DNA of 63,920 nucleotides, counting the filler, from Pelomyxa schiedti (Eukaryota > Protista > Evosea), in NCBI GenBank assembly GCA_020536535.1. It is 7 parts of 7 records of this genome, joined end to end, with 100 filler letters (N's around TTAATTAATTAA, not from the genome) between each part and the next. Parts side by side here need not be neighbours in the genome. Positions count along the whole stretch, not along the records: positions 1 to 20,556 come from JAHLWZ010001087.1; 6 more parts are not named here. The stretch is one strand, 5' to 3'. Under the pieces are notes generated by a model. That model did no database searches. It was not told where the DNA came from and was given only the letters and a program-made list of their open reading frames with translations. This document shows, in pieces, positions 1 through 12,420 of this stretch. The first letter of the stretch is position 1; each line of letters starts with the position of its first letter. A program made the position numbers and the translations under genes.

Positions 1-254
1 ACGTAGTCCGAGGAGAGCTCGGTGGGGACCGAGAAATTGAAGGCGGAGGGTCTGGCATCGAAGGTGGGGGCACGGATGAAGCACGGACCAGGGTGTAGGG
101 GGAAGCTAAGATGGGGCTGTTATTGTTGTTGTTGTTGTGGTGTCCGCCGCTCGTCCGCAACGCGGCAGTGGATGAAGCCACATGCTGGGCCGGCACAGCG
201 GAAATGTTGGATGAGTGAGATGGAGCTCTTGCATAGGAAAAAAAGGGATTCACA

Positions 255-3200
255 CAACTATTTTCCTTGCATAGCAAGGCGATTACACGGAGTGCCTCTC
301 GAACAAAGGTCAAATCTTGGTCAGAGATAGAGTGGATCAAAAGATCGAGCAGGGGTTGGTCCACGTACTGCATGCATAGCACTTCGAACATGAGTATGCT
401 TTCAATTTTATGAATCAGATTCATAAAATTGCACACCATCACTAAGAATCGTTCCGAATGCTGCTAGAACAGAACGACAAAGCATAATGTCTGAGCGCTT
501 AATTAAAATGGATACACCTAGTTTCAAAAATCCCATTTGAACCACCTTCTGAGAAACGGGACCTGTACAAAAGAATAAAAAAAAGGACTACTTGTGACTT
601 CTCACCATTGTGAAGACATATGCCTGCAATTGCACGAAAGGCGGCAGTTTGAATTCTCAAGTTCCCTTTTGAAAATAATGGCTTGACGATTTCCAAGAGG
701 TGGCTTGCGGCAGTCATGTCACACAAAAATCTTTCTGTGCATACAATTAAAAAAAAATTACACGAGCAATACGAGAACAAACTTTCATGGAACTTCGCCA
801 GCAAATAGATATTAACTAAAACAATTTCGGATATATCTTCCCGAGGAACGCATGATGACAGAAGAAAAATGCACTGCTTGAATTCGTCGAGATTATCAAA
901 CACTACAATCAAGTGTGAGTTCAGGGGGATATGAGTTCACAGTTTCTGTGGGTGATACCCATTTTTGAGGCCTTCAGTGCAGTACTCATGGAGTTCAAAA
1001 CAGGCAACACTGGTTTCCCTGTGTTTAAAGCCTGTGAAAGGTCGTGAAGAAGTTGGAGACTTGCAGAGAGTGGCAGCCCTTGTGCGGCAACTGCTGTCCC
1101 CCTGTTTTTTTTGGGAGCCATGCCACCCGGAACTTGATCTAAATTGGGTCGTTTCGTTCCAGCCAGTGGCACCTGGAAATTTTGGTACCGTCTACATAGT
1201 AGGTAAAGCGCTGCATACATCGACAGGATTTGGTGCACCATATACTCTATATAGGAAGCCTTCAGGAAGCTCTGGGCTCTTTGGCTCTTCAGGCTCTGGA
1301 ATGACAAATTCTACATGCTCTGTCACTTTCTTGGATTTTTGTGAACGTTTCTTGCCAGATGCAGAACTGGTTGGAGACACCGTCTGTGGAGATGCCTACC
1401 AGCAATTAAACACTAAAAAACCTCTATGGATGCATACAGCACTTTCTTTTGAGACGGAATCCATAACAGTTCTTCTCAAATTTGAAAGAAATGGGTATTT
1501 AAGTAATGGGTGGGCTTCTGTTTGCAATCTGTCACACAGTTGCAGGTAAATCGTTATGTCTTGCATTAGATTTGGATAAGTGCTCTTCTGGATTAAGTCC
1601 AGTGCAGAAGCTTTGTCCTCTTCAATTATGGGTCGTATTTCAATGAGCCTCCCAGAAACCTCTTTCAAGTTGGCCTCCAAGAATTGGAACTGTGTCTCGT
1701 AACTGTAGCAGGTTGATGAAAATATGCAAGTGGAAGGATCACACTTGAGCAATGTTGTACCCCAGTATATTTTACACGCAGCTTTTATTTCAGATGGATC
1801 ATTGACAAAATCCACAGTGTAGACTTGGGTTTTTCCCTTTTTTGAAAGTAAATTCACCTGTTTTTTTGGAGGAGGAATACCTTTGCTGTTCTGTTCAGTC
1901 TTCCCAAAGTTTGAATGACATTGCTTCCATTCAAAGGTTTGTCAATGTACAGTGCACTTAACTATTCACAAACGGGAGTGAGATACTAGAAGTTTCAGTA
2001 CGAGACATACCCTTGGTTCATCAAATCCTGTTTGCAGTTTGTCTGCAACAATTATCATGCGCACATTGGATTGCGGACGTTTCAAAACAGATACAATACC
2101 ACTTGACGCATTGGCGAACCTTCAAACACCTTGGATCACAAAGGTAATTCTGAAAAAGGAGAAATTACCTGGAAAACTCTTTATTGACCTCATAGTCAGT
2201 CTCTGAAAGCTTTTTGTCACCAATGGAAAATGGAGAGAAAGCGCCAATCACTCCAAATCTCTACAATCCATGAGCTACTTCTCACTATGACATCAATTCA
2301 ATAAAAAAAGAAGGGAAAAACCTGTGCACAGGGGAGGGCCTCAATCTGGGCTCGTAGGGAATTCAAGTATGCTATCACTAGCTTCCGTGAACGAACAACA
2401 ATCATACCAAGTCCTTGGAAGCTGGGATTGTCAACAACAGCCATGGTCTTGAGGAAGTGGGATAGGATTATTTTTGTCTTGGCTTCTACTATCTGTACGG
2501 CCAATTAATTAGCGTTAAAGCAGTAAGGAGGAAACTCACATTCGTGGACGAATGCTCAGCACTAGTCTTATCCTTGTGCAAAGTAATCGATTCGAAATTG
2601 GTCAAAAATTCCAAGATGACACCATCACTGGGATGTCGCTTAGCTCTTTTCAAAGAAAATGTTAAAGGAAAAGTACTGTAGTGCATCTGCAACAGAGTAT
2701 GTGTGAAACGGTCCAAGGAGTGAAGTTCCCTTGACCCTTCTGCCAAACATCTCCAAACTTTTAGCACTCGGAGTGGATGTAAAAGAGAAATAGGTGATGA
2801 AATTGGATTGTCGAGCTTCACCCGTGAGGGAACCTTGGCACACTGGTGAACAGCTTGACAGGAGAACGGGGGTATTGTCTTACCATGGAGCCTATCCGTG
2901 AGGTTTGCTCCGTGGGATCTGTGAGCTTCATCTGAGATGATTGCTATAGTGTCTGGTGAATATGGCTTGTGAAGCTTTCTCAACTCCTTTTCAAGAACAG
3001 AGAATTTTTGCATTGTGGAGATGATAATCTTGGGATTGCTGATTTCAACTTGTGGTATCTTCAATATTTCTAACAGCTCTTTGGTATCTTGAGGTCGATC
3101 AAAGAAGCATATTGAATTTTTTCTCAGAAAGCTGGTCACCAAGAAAATGTCATGGACACATATGATACTCAATGAATAGTAAAAATGGTACTTACTTGAC

Positions 3201-4091
3201 AACTGTATCACCAAGTTGGGAGTCGAGATTCACACGATCATTGACAATAAGAATGATTGAAAAACGCCGGCAATTATGAATCTTCACGTAGAGTTCAATT
3301 AAAGCATGGAGTAGAGATTTCTCACTTTCAGTTTGAACAAAAGTGTTGCCAGAGCAGCAATAGTCAAGCTTTTACCACTTCCAGGGGAATGTTGGATAAG
3401 ATAGTTTTTACGCAACCCTACAGCAGTCCCAACCAGATCCACTAGTAATCACAATGAGAGGAAACTCAGTACAGAGTGTTGAGTCGTGCATACAAAGTAA
3501 TTTCTGTAGACATTCTATCTGATGTCCTCTTGGTGTAACCTCAGCCAACTTCCAAACTTGATCAATTGATGCGGTAATTCCAGCCACTTGCTCTTTTTTT
3601 TTTTTTGGTTTGCTATAAGTTGGCCACTCAATCACAAAAGGAAGAGCAACATCAGCGCCGCCAGTTATATAAAACATGAAAATGACTAACAATGCGAACA
3701 TCAACGCGTGAGAGTGTCAATTTGTTTCATTGAGAATGTATGTCAATCACAATGAAACTCCACCAAATTTGTAACCAAAAAAAAAACCTGCAGATGGGCA
3801 TGAGCTCAGTGCGTTGATTGACACCGTCATCTCCATCGGCGCCGAGACCAATTGGTCCTTACTAGCCCCAGCTCCCCTCTCCACCTCCTCCACGCTACTC
3901 GCCATGCTCGTGCTCGTGCTCGTGCTGCTACTACTAGTAGTAGTGGTGCTACAAGTTGTCGTGGCGGGCGACGGTGACGACGACGGTGGGTCACTGACGC
4001 ACTCGTAGTACTCGTCGCTGGCGCAGTCGTCTTCCACGTAGTCGGCGTCGTCGATGCTGATGCTAGGTGCTGCAGACAGCTGCAGGCCCAG

Positions 4092-4122
<31 letters not shown>

Positions 4123-4235
4123 ACAATCTCGCTGGGCACGAGCACGGGCGACGCCGCCGTTGGGGCTAGATCCCCCGACCCGCCGGTTGCACTCGCAGCG
4201 GCCCCGCCACCGGCACCACTTGCCGCGTCCGTCAT
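255..4235 (-). CDS. Multi-exon Type I restriction enzyme R-subunit (HsdR)-like SF2 motor, nuclease-less, with C-terminal HEAT/ARM-like region
   Basis: Spliced translation gives HsdR motifs in order: PRGHQ, NYLIQHSPGSGKS (~3368-3410), ILIVNDRVNLDSQL, IIISTMQKF, IISDEAHRSHG (~2921), YFSFTSTP..LEMFG, PFHTYS, GMIVVRSR, IIVADKLQTGFDEP, LYIDKPL..VIQTLGRLNR, VDFVN. Exons are joined by GT-AG introns. ATG at 4235; 3' end approximate. Confidence 0.85.
4093..4122. repeat. (GCC)n microsatellite encoding poly-Gly
   Basis: Run of gccgccgcc, in frame in exon 1 of the HsdR-like gene. Confidence 0.9.
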
Positions 4236-4548
4236 TTTTCTCCTTGGTATTGCTTGTGATTTGAGCTCTGGAAAATGAGGTAAACAAGGAAGAAAGGCGG
4301 ATAACAACTTTCTTCTTTCTCGGCCCAGAACCACAGGAATTCCTGTTGTGAAGAGGGAGGAGCTGGGAGCCTCAGGTTCCGTTGAACACTGAATGTGAGT
4401 GGCAGAAGGGCCGCTCGTGGTATGTTTCTGAAAGAAGTACAAAGCTGGAGCTGAACTGTCCAAAAGGAATCACAAAAAGAAAAATTGGATGAGCAAAATG
4501 CTGTGTGGGGTGGTAATACAATCAAGCAAGCATCATCACCAGGGGCCA

Positions 4549-5999
4549 TGCAAGAGCCGGCAGGTGGTGCGGTAGTCCCGTCCTTTGTTGCCTCAAATGC
4601 ATTGTCTGATCCACTTTTGGCCTTTCTGATGTGCACACCCCCCCATTGTGGTTCAGTGAGCAAAGCAAAGGTGATGCCAGTGGTGCTGATACGTCACGTT
4701 TTGGAGCACTTCATAGATTCATATGATGTGGTTCTCAGGGTTCGCTGGTTCTAAGGCAAAGTCGGCATCACAGAGGGCAAGGAAGAACAGGGTCACTATT
4801 GTCAGGTTCAGGGTCAGTCCAGATACACCGAGTGCTGGGGGGCTGGAGGTTTTCGATATTCCACCACAAAATGGAGACTGCTGGTTTTTCCACCCAAGTC
4901 ACTACCTGATGGAGAAACCAGTTCCTGGGGAGTAGGGGCTTTTCTCATACACACTGGGAAACACTGTTACCTTTGGCGCTCCAGTAAATTTCCTGGAGAA
5001 ATCAAAGCAGCTGAAGCTTGCCATGCGTGGAAAAACCTGGGTTTGCACTGGGACGGTTCCCTGTGAAGTTCAAGCAACCACTGTGCATCAGCCGGCTATG
5101 TGGATTGTGGTATTTGGCCAGGGGCACCCCTTCTGTGCTGGTTTGCATTTGTGCATACAATAAAATCTCACTCATTCAATACAGAGCGAACTGACTGCAA
5201 AGTAGTCATGGCCCCGCTGCTGGAACTTGCACAGTGCATCATTGAGCAGGATATGAGCACTGCAGTCATAATCAGTACAATGACCTACCAACCTGATCCA
5301 CGCTTCTCCTCAATGAGAATTGACTTTGTTGATCTCCTGCAGACTTTCACAGGTCAGGCGGTAACGATCAGCAAGCCCAGTGCCTGGATTCAAATACATG
5401 GTGATAGTGAGACTGCTGAAAGGGCTTTACTGAGAATGCAACCCAATGGAGGATGGAAAGTTGTTCTACTCGCACGAAGGAGCAGAGCAGTGTACATTGT
5501 TACCTCGTCATTGGGTACACGCACCATCGAGACCGTAGAGTCAAGTGAGGCGAGGTTCATTGCACCAGTTTGTGGGTTCCCTTTCTGGTTTCTTGTCTCC
5601 AAGTTCAGGGATCATATGTACTACTGGCTGCAGAACGAGTACCAATTGTGGGACTGCAGGGTGAGTATAAAAGAGCAAAGGGCAAAGGTGGAAAGTGAAA
5701 AAGCATACATCGGAGGCACCGAGAGTCACCAACAAGGAGCATCAGATATAAATCAACAGAGAGATGACGACAAGGAGAGTGAGGTGAAAAAGGTGAAGCT
5801 TGAGGTAATAAAGATAAAGATTGAGGACAACAAGGAGGAACATGAGGGAAGAATAAAACGTGAGGATGACATGATCATGCAGATTGAGGACACTGGAGTG
5901 AAAAGTGAGGATGACGATGACAATGTATTTTTTGTTGTTCTATTAGAGGGCGAATCAACCATTCTCCCGAACGTTAAGTCCGAGGAATTTAAACTGTGA
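4549..5999 (+). pseudogene. Disrupted hypothetical gene with acidic C-terminus
   Basis: Successive ORF pieces (4485-4754, 4723-4935, 5100-5999) are broken by stops and frame changes; no recognisable domain. Confidence 0.4.
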
Positions 6000-6689
6000 C
6001 TTCCTTTCCTCACTTTTGAAGGCGTGAACGGTGGCCACTTGTGCACTTGGAATTCCGGCCCAAAGGGGGTTCAGAAGCAAATTCCTGAAGAACCGCACAA
6101 GCCTCATCGAAGTGCTCTTTACTGTTCAATAATTGTACTGAAGATTTTGAAAGAGTCCATTCCAGATGTGGCCTCATGAAGCAGCACACCGCATGGCAGA
6201 GCAGCCATGGCAGGCTCCATTACCATCGTGGTACTCGTAATATACCTCACATCACATCTCCTCACACCCCCTTATCATCAATGATGGTAGCCACCAATTC
6301 GGGAGGGATCCTGACTGTAGGCAGCCAAGTGTAGTAGGGACCCTCGCTGGTGGCTGGGCGAGATGTCCCTCCCACTGACACGTTGCAGCGCACACGTTGA
6401 TCACGTGGTAACGAGGTTTCCTGCTTTACAACGGGAAGCTGTGTAAAGCAACGTTGTTTTCATTGCTCAATTGTGTACAAAGAACACTTTGGGCACAAAA
6501 GAGCGTTTCTTCGTCGTCAAAGAGACCCAAGGGGGGATTGTGATATAATCCTTTGCTTCTCTTGCACGACCATATGGACAACGCTGTTGGCTCCGTGGGC
6601 GCAGTACCGAGGCACTCACGATAAGAGGAGTGCAAATTTGCTTCCACGAAGATGACGTTCCCAAGGAGTGGAGCGAAGCTCTTCATTGT

Positions 6690-6785
6690 GTAAAATCTTC
6701 TTCTGCTTCAGAAGTCATCAACAAGAAGTTTTGCCCTTGTATTTGTCTTCCATGACCGGCAAAATAGAAGATTACCGCTTTCTGT
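6690..6785 (-). pseudogene. Caspase-family (C14) peptidase exon fragment
   Basis: After a cag acceptor the sequence reads KAVIFYFAGHGRQIQGQNFLLMT, the catalytic-His motif. It stops soon after, and no DACR/Cys motif was found. Confidence 0.6.
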
Positions 6786-6919
6786 AATCAGAGTTTCAAT
6801 TACTTTATACAATAATAAGAGCGAAACAACTGTAGTTGAGTTCTGGCCCAGTTATGGCCATTGCTTCTAATCCCTGTGTGTGAGAATGAAAATCTTAACA
6901 AGTGTGTGCATACTGCTTT

Positions 6920-8085
6920 TATTTCGCAAGGTCAGTTTCTTCTTCAAGGAGACGAATCCGGTCCAGTTGCGCCGGTGACATTGACGTTGTGGCACTACTA
7001 GAACTTGGTGATTGATCAGGAACTTGGAGTTCTTTGATGGCTTCTGTGCCACTCCAAGAGGGATGCTCATCTGTTACTTCATTTGCACTGGGTCTACCAT
7101 GTCAAGGATTGCTTCACCCCCAATGAACTCACTTTCAAACACTTGTTGGAACCTCTCCTCGATTCCGATCTTTGATAACCACAATACAAGGTCTGAAGAG
7201 TTTAAATGCCGTAGATCATCCTGAGAATGAATTAATACTGGTTGTTGAATCGGTAAGGCACATTACCAAAGTAGAGATCGTTGAAGCTGCTTTCATTGCA
7301 GGTTCACTTGTAGTTGGTTTGTTTACTTTTCCTGAATTTGTTGTAGTCACTGCGGCTTCAGGGGGAACTTCCTTTGCCATAGGCTGCTTTGAAATCAGTT
7401 TGCCAGATTCGTATATTGCCTGATAAATCTTCCCTGGACCTTCAATCAAAGTCTGGTGCCATGCCTTGCCCATTTTTCCATCCACCATCATATGAACCAC
7501 CCCTGTACTGCGTGACAAGACCCCTTCCTTCCAGGTCATTAGCTTTCCATTAACCGTCATAAACATCACCATTGGGGCACTTCAGTACTCCTCGTCCCTC
7601 CCTGTTGTAGTCTTTCCACTCACCAGTGTACAGTTGACCATTGGAAAACTGCATTGCTCCTGTGCCATGTCTCTTCTTATTACCACTAGCATCATACATA
7701 AGCTGGCCACGGTACACTACTCCATCAGGAAAATTGCACTCAGCATCCAGGCCCCTCTTTACCGGGATAGAGGGAGGCGGCCTATTCTCAACCTGCGTTT
7801 TTGACTTCAGATTTCCATTTTTATAGGTCACTCTAAATTTCTTCCCTGTTGTGACATCGACCATTGCGCCGTCCCCATCTAGAACAGGGAAATGGCTGTT
7901 GTATTTCGCCTGTATCACAGGGTGGGTTTTGCCAATTTTTTTGGGGGGAAATAACTGCCAAAATGGGAGAACTGTCACGGTGTTTTCCCCAGCACCACAA
8001 AGTCAAAGTGGCTCCAATTGCTGGCAAGTGGCTCCACTTTGAGTAAATTCCCACGTGAACTGACTGGTTTGTCTTCCCGTCCATC
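6920..8085 (-). pseudogene. MORN-repeat + SAM-domain protein pseudogene
   Basis: MORN repeats (RHGTGAMQFSNGQLYTGEWKDYNREGRG) with an in-frame TAA (YDG*WK at 7550) and frameshifts. SAM-like exon LVLWLSKIGIEERFQQVFESEFIGGEAILDM..MK*QMSIPLG also has an in-frame stop. Confidence 0.75.
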
Positions 8086-8146
8086 ACTCTTATTGTCGGA
8101 ACAAAAACCAAAAGCAGCAACGAAAGGATTTTTTATTCAGCCATTT

Positions 8147-11100
8147 TCACGATGTTTTGTAAAAATAGGCACTCACTTCCGAGCGTCCTGGCGGCTCTGA
8201 GGGGTTGACATTCCCAACTTCAAAAATGAGGCACAGGCCATTTACATTGATGTCAGGATCCGTCCCCACCCGGGTTTGTGAACCTTGTTTATTCAAGGGT
8301 TTTCCACTCCCATACTTTGGTGTCAGGCACTGGAGATCCCCAGTCCCTTCTGCAGTCTGATCAACCCGTAACTGGAAAATAGGCCCTCTTGTCTGCAGTA
8401 CATACGGATCCTTGTTCATCACCTTCTGGAATATCAACCAGAGTTGTGGTTCTGCCGGTGTTGCGTGGTGATTGAATTTGCGCAACACTGTTTCAACATC
8501 AGAGGCTCTGAACGTTTTGCGGTCCTTGGCTTCGACGATCAGGCAACTGCCAGCTTTCATGTCAATTTGAGATTGATCGTCTGTTCTCACCAACTCAACC
8601 ACGTTTACACCGGGAATCGCTTTCAATGATGGCGGGAATATATCATCAGTTGGTGACAGGAAAGGTATCTTCATGTCTTGCATGCTTTTGGGTATTATTG
8701 ACCTTTTTTTGGCTAGTCGCTCAAACTTGTCAGAGCAACGACTCCCGTAGAGGTGGTAAACCAAAGCTGTGAGAAATGGAAGAACCTTTTGGCCCTGCAG
8801 TCCACCACAATGCGAGGCTGCCGCTATAGCCACTCCGGCGTACTGCTCCAGTATCGAGCCATCGCTCTTTGTGCTCCTCTCAGTCTGGGTTTTTACATGT
8901 ATCTGAATTTGAGCATGCAATTCAGGATTCAACCAAGCCTGGCAAAGAGGAATTCCTTCCCTGTTTTCATCCAAGAAGCTGAACTGACATTTGTAATTCG
9001 CACAGAGTGACAGGAACAGAAGCGGTTCGCATTCAATTGTGGGGAAGAATGAGTATGGGTGTGGATATATGTTTCCACACAACTTAGTGGCAGTCAAAGG
9101 AAAGTCCTTGTGTGACTCTTCAACAACGATGCCATCCTTACGCCAGAAGCGCAATTCAAGACCACCACTCTCTTCTTCGGCAGCATCCCTCCTTTGAAGA
9201 TACAGGTATGCAAAGTGTTTGGAGATAACCTCTGAGGCACATTTGATCCCAGAGAAATACATCAGCACCTGTCCAGAACGACCAACTTGGGTTTTGAAAA
9301 TGGAGTTCTTCTTCTGAAGCACTGTCGCTTGCATCACTGCCATGAGGTCATCCATAACCTCCAGTGGTGATAATACGCTTTGAGGGTGTGTAGGCACGGA
9401 ACCCAGAAGTGTCACTTCCAAATGACGCATCATGGCAAGGACAAAGAACCCTCTGCAAGTGACACAGCACTTGCTGACGAAATCAGAAAGTGTAGGGTGA
9501 ATTTCATTGCACTTTGCCAGAATTTGATCATATTTTGGCACCCTTGAAGCTTTCAATGAAATTACTGTTGGAGGCGAAGGTCTTGGGAACAAATGGCACC
9601 ATAGATAAGGGGTGGACTCAATTCGTGACGAGTCTGTGTTGAGCATATTTACCGCTCTGGAGTTTGTGCCAGACAAAATAACAGTGAGACCCAAAGAGCG
9701 GCACAGGTTTCTCATAAACTCAAGTTCTTCCTTCTTATTTTGTCCTGGCATCTCGTCTACAAAAATAACAGGTTTTCTTTGCAACCAGGACCACTTTCCC
9801 AAAAAGTTACTGTTGGTCATTGGACCTGTGATTTGGTGGTTAATCTTTCCCAAAAGGCTATATGGGAGTCTCTGTGCGTATTGGTCCTCTGTTGTATTAC
9901 TGCTGTTTATATCTGATGAGTTGAAATGTGGGGTGTTTCTGATCCTGCGTTTCTGGGTATTTGGGTTCCACTGTTCTCCAAAGCACCAATCAAAGAAAGC
10001 TGTGGTCCACAACAGTGTCTGTTCAGAAAACAAGATATGGCAATGTGGTGACTTATTGATCTGCTTAAGATGCCCAGAGTCTCGGAGAACGGACTCCCTG
10101 AATGCACTTGATAGATGTGAAAAGCACTTGTATATATCCTGGTCCTCACCGGTATAAACAAGGTATCTGCTCAGAGTCAGCAAGACCTCCAGCACCAGGA
10201 GGAAAATGAGAGAAGACAGGAAAACAAACATGACATCTTCTTTCAATGAGAAGGCCAGCTGCGTCTTGCCCAAACGGGGCTTTTTGAACAGAGTTGATTG
10301 TCTTTTCTAACTCAACCAGAATTTTGCAGGAGCCTGCAACCATCCCTGTGCCAGTCATGTAATAGTGCCTAAGTTCATCCATAGCCGCCCTGCTGACGGC
10401 ACCGAGATTATCTGCAAAAATGGATGATCAAATTTGCTACTCTCAACTTCAGGAAACATACGTTTTACAACAATATTTGTGTGAACCTTTGCCTCCATGG
10501 CTTTAGCCTTTGCTTCAGCAACTGCCCTGGCCTCATCTGCTTTAGCCTTTGCCTCCATGGCTTCTTTAGTCTTTGCTTCAGCAACCTCCATGGCTTCTTT
10601 AGCCTTTGCTTCAGCTGCTGCTTTTGAGTCACTCCATTTTTTACGTATGTTTAGGTGCCGTTTTACCAAACATGTAGAGGCCTAAATAGTGTCAGTATGG
10701 AGACTGAAGGGCAGAAGTACCTTATTGTAGAGTTCATCAGAAATGTCACCTTCTTCGCCATCAAGAAACCACTTAAAAACCTGCGTGCATTCAAAAGTGG
10801 AGAGGCCCACACTGGTTGTATAAGGAGGAACCAAGTGGGTTGCATCAAGTGGAACAGGAAAATCCCCATCCAAACACCTCAGCACCTTTTCCTCTGTCAT
10901 TCGCTCCAATGGTGGGGTGCCCCTCCTCACATTTTCCACTAAGGTTATTGATTGAACACTTCGTGCAGTATTTTGTGTTGTGCTGCTACTTTGACAGTTT
11001 TGGATCGGCTGGCTTTGATTGGCAGGTTTTAATGTTGATCTTTTTTCTGATTTTTTTGTTCCTTTGGAGGCTTTGGCTTCTCCTGTATTCGCACTTAGAT

Positions 11101-12073
11101 GCCGGCTTGAAGGTTCAGGGCGATTTGCTTCAGGTTTAACCCCCACTTGGAAATGGCACTTGGTTGGTTGTGTCTTAGAAGTGGGTAGTGACTTTTTGGA
11201 GAACCTGTCCGATATTCCCATTGCCCTTCCAGTGTTAAGTGCGTTTTCATGATTTTGGGTTAGAGCACGTGTTGGTTTTGGCTTTTTCGTGGATAGCGGA
11301 GCCACAGGCGATTGTTTGTGGCATGTTGGCACCTTGGTGGAGGTTGTCGCACTTTGTTTGGTCGGACTTGGAACGATGGGAGGTGTTTGTTGCAGTTCGG
11401 GTTCTGTGACCTCCCTCTCACCAGTCTCGGTGGCTTTATTTACATGTGCACTTATGGGTTCTGAGCTCCCTGAAGACCACGATTTGGGAATGACGCCCTT
11501 GTGGTGACCATTCAGATTGTTCTGGTTCCCTGTTTGATTATGGTCCACGTTCCCGCTGGCCGGATTGTGGTTGCCTCTGTTGTAAGGCGTATTATTATGG
11601 GAAGTGGCTGTTTTCGTCGCTTTTGCAGGGGCCGCCATCCCGGGCGTCCGGTCTGCGGCAGTCGAATTGCCAGTAAGGGGGGGTGACACCGGGTCGGTCT
11701 TCATTTCCTTATCCTCATCCTCGTCTTCTTCTTCTTCTTTTTCTTCTTCTTCTTCGCGGGCAGTAGACGTAACAGCGGCACACTGATGCTGCGCCGGGCG
11801 AGTTGGCGCCGGGCTTTTCCTCGTCGTTGGTGTCAACGGGGTAATTGGGTTTTTTGTGGTGTTGCTGGTTGCAGTTGTTATATCGCTATGTACTGTCGAT
11901 TTGCTAGGAGAAGCGGCACTCGTGGACGTAGAGGACTTTGGGGGTGCTTGGGCAGCGGTCCTGCGCCTTTTTGGAACGTCGGTGGGGGTCGTAATTATGG
12001 GCACAGCTGCAGGTTTTATCTTGCGTTGAATGGACTGCGGGGGGTGCCGCTTGTGCGGCACCGTAGCGTACAT
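8147..12073 (-). pseudogene. Crinkler (CRN)-like P-loop NTPase + PD-(D/E)xK nuclease gene with low-complexity N-terminus, disrupted
   Basis: Motifs GKTQLAFSL, IFVDE, FMRNLCRSLGLTVILSGTNS and C-terminal QIDMK..LIVEAKD. ORF 10682-12073 is in frame with 10355-10669 across a TAG. A frameshift near 10382 and a deletion of the first half of Walker A near 10275 disrupt it. Confidence 0.7.
10490..10622 (-). repeat. AEAKAKEAM coiled-coil coding repeats
   Basis: Imperfect repeats of ttagcctttgcttcagc / gcctccatggc. Confidence 0.8.
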
Positions 12074-12420
12074 ATTTGAAAGTATGCGTAATTTCGTGCA
12101 AAACAGCAGAAATCATTGGGGGAGACAACAACTTGTCTCAGGCCAGGAGCTCAACAGTCGAGTACCCACTTCCCTTGGCGCCTCGATAATCCCCAGTCCG
12201 AGCTGGATGTTCATGTGTGTGAATGAGAGGGAAAAGGAATGACCGTCTACAGATCCTAGTTCTATTTGCTGAGAACTCACGAGTTTTCAGGAAGAAACAA
12301 AAAAAAGGTCTATTTTTAGCGGTAAAGGAACTCTTTGTAGTGGCTGTGTCACAGCACAGGGGGGGCAAAAAAAGAGAACACAAAATGGTGTTTGGTGTGG
12401 ATGTTATTTTTACATGCAAA

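Noticed and set aside
1-250. Gene at the window start
   Set aside because: The sequence looks coding, but the frame and its relation to the HsdR-like gene cannot be resolved.
255-4235. Bacterial contaminant or endosymbiont restriction-modification operon
   Set aside because: The HsdR motifs are split by GT-AG introns, the neighbours are eukaryotic, and no hsdM/hsdS is seen.
7070-10684. TAA/TAG reassignment suggested by in-frame stops (YDG*WK, MK*QM, TI*AS)
   Set aside because: The same genes also have frameshifts, other broken genes have TGA stops, and intact genes end in TAA/TAG. Pseudogenisation explains the pattern.
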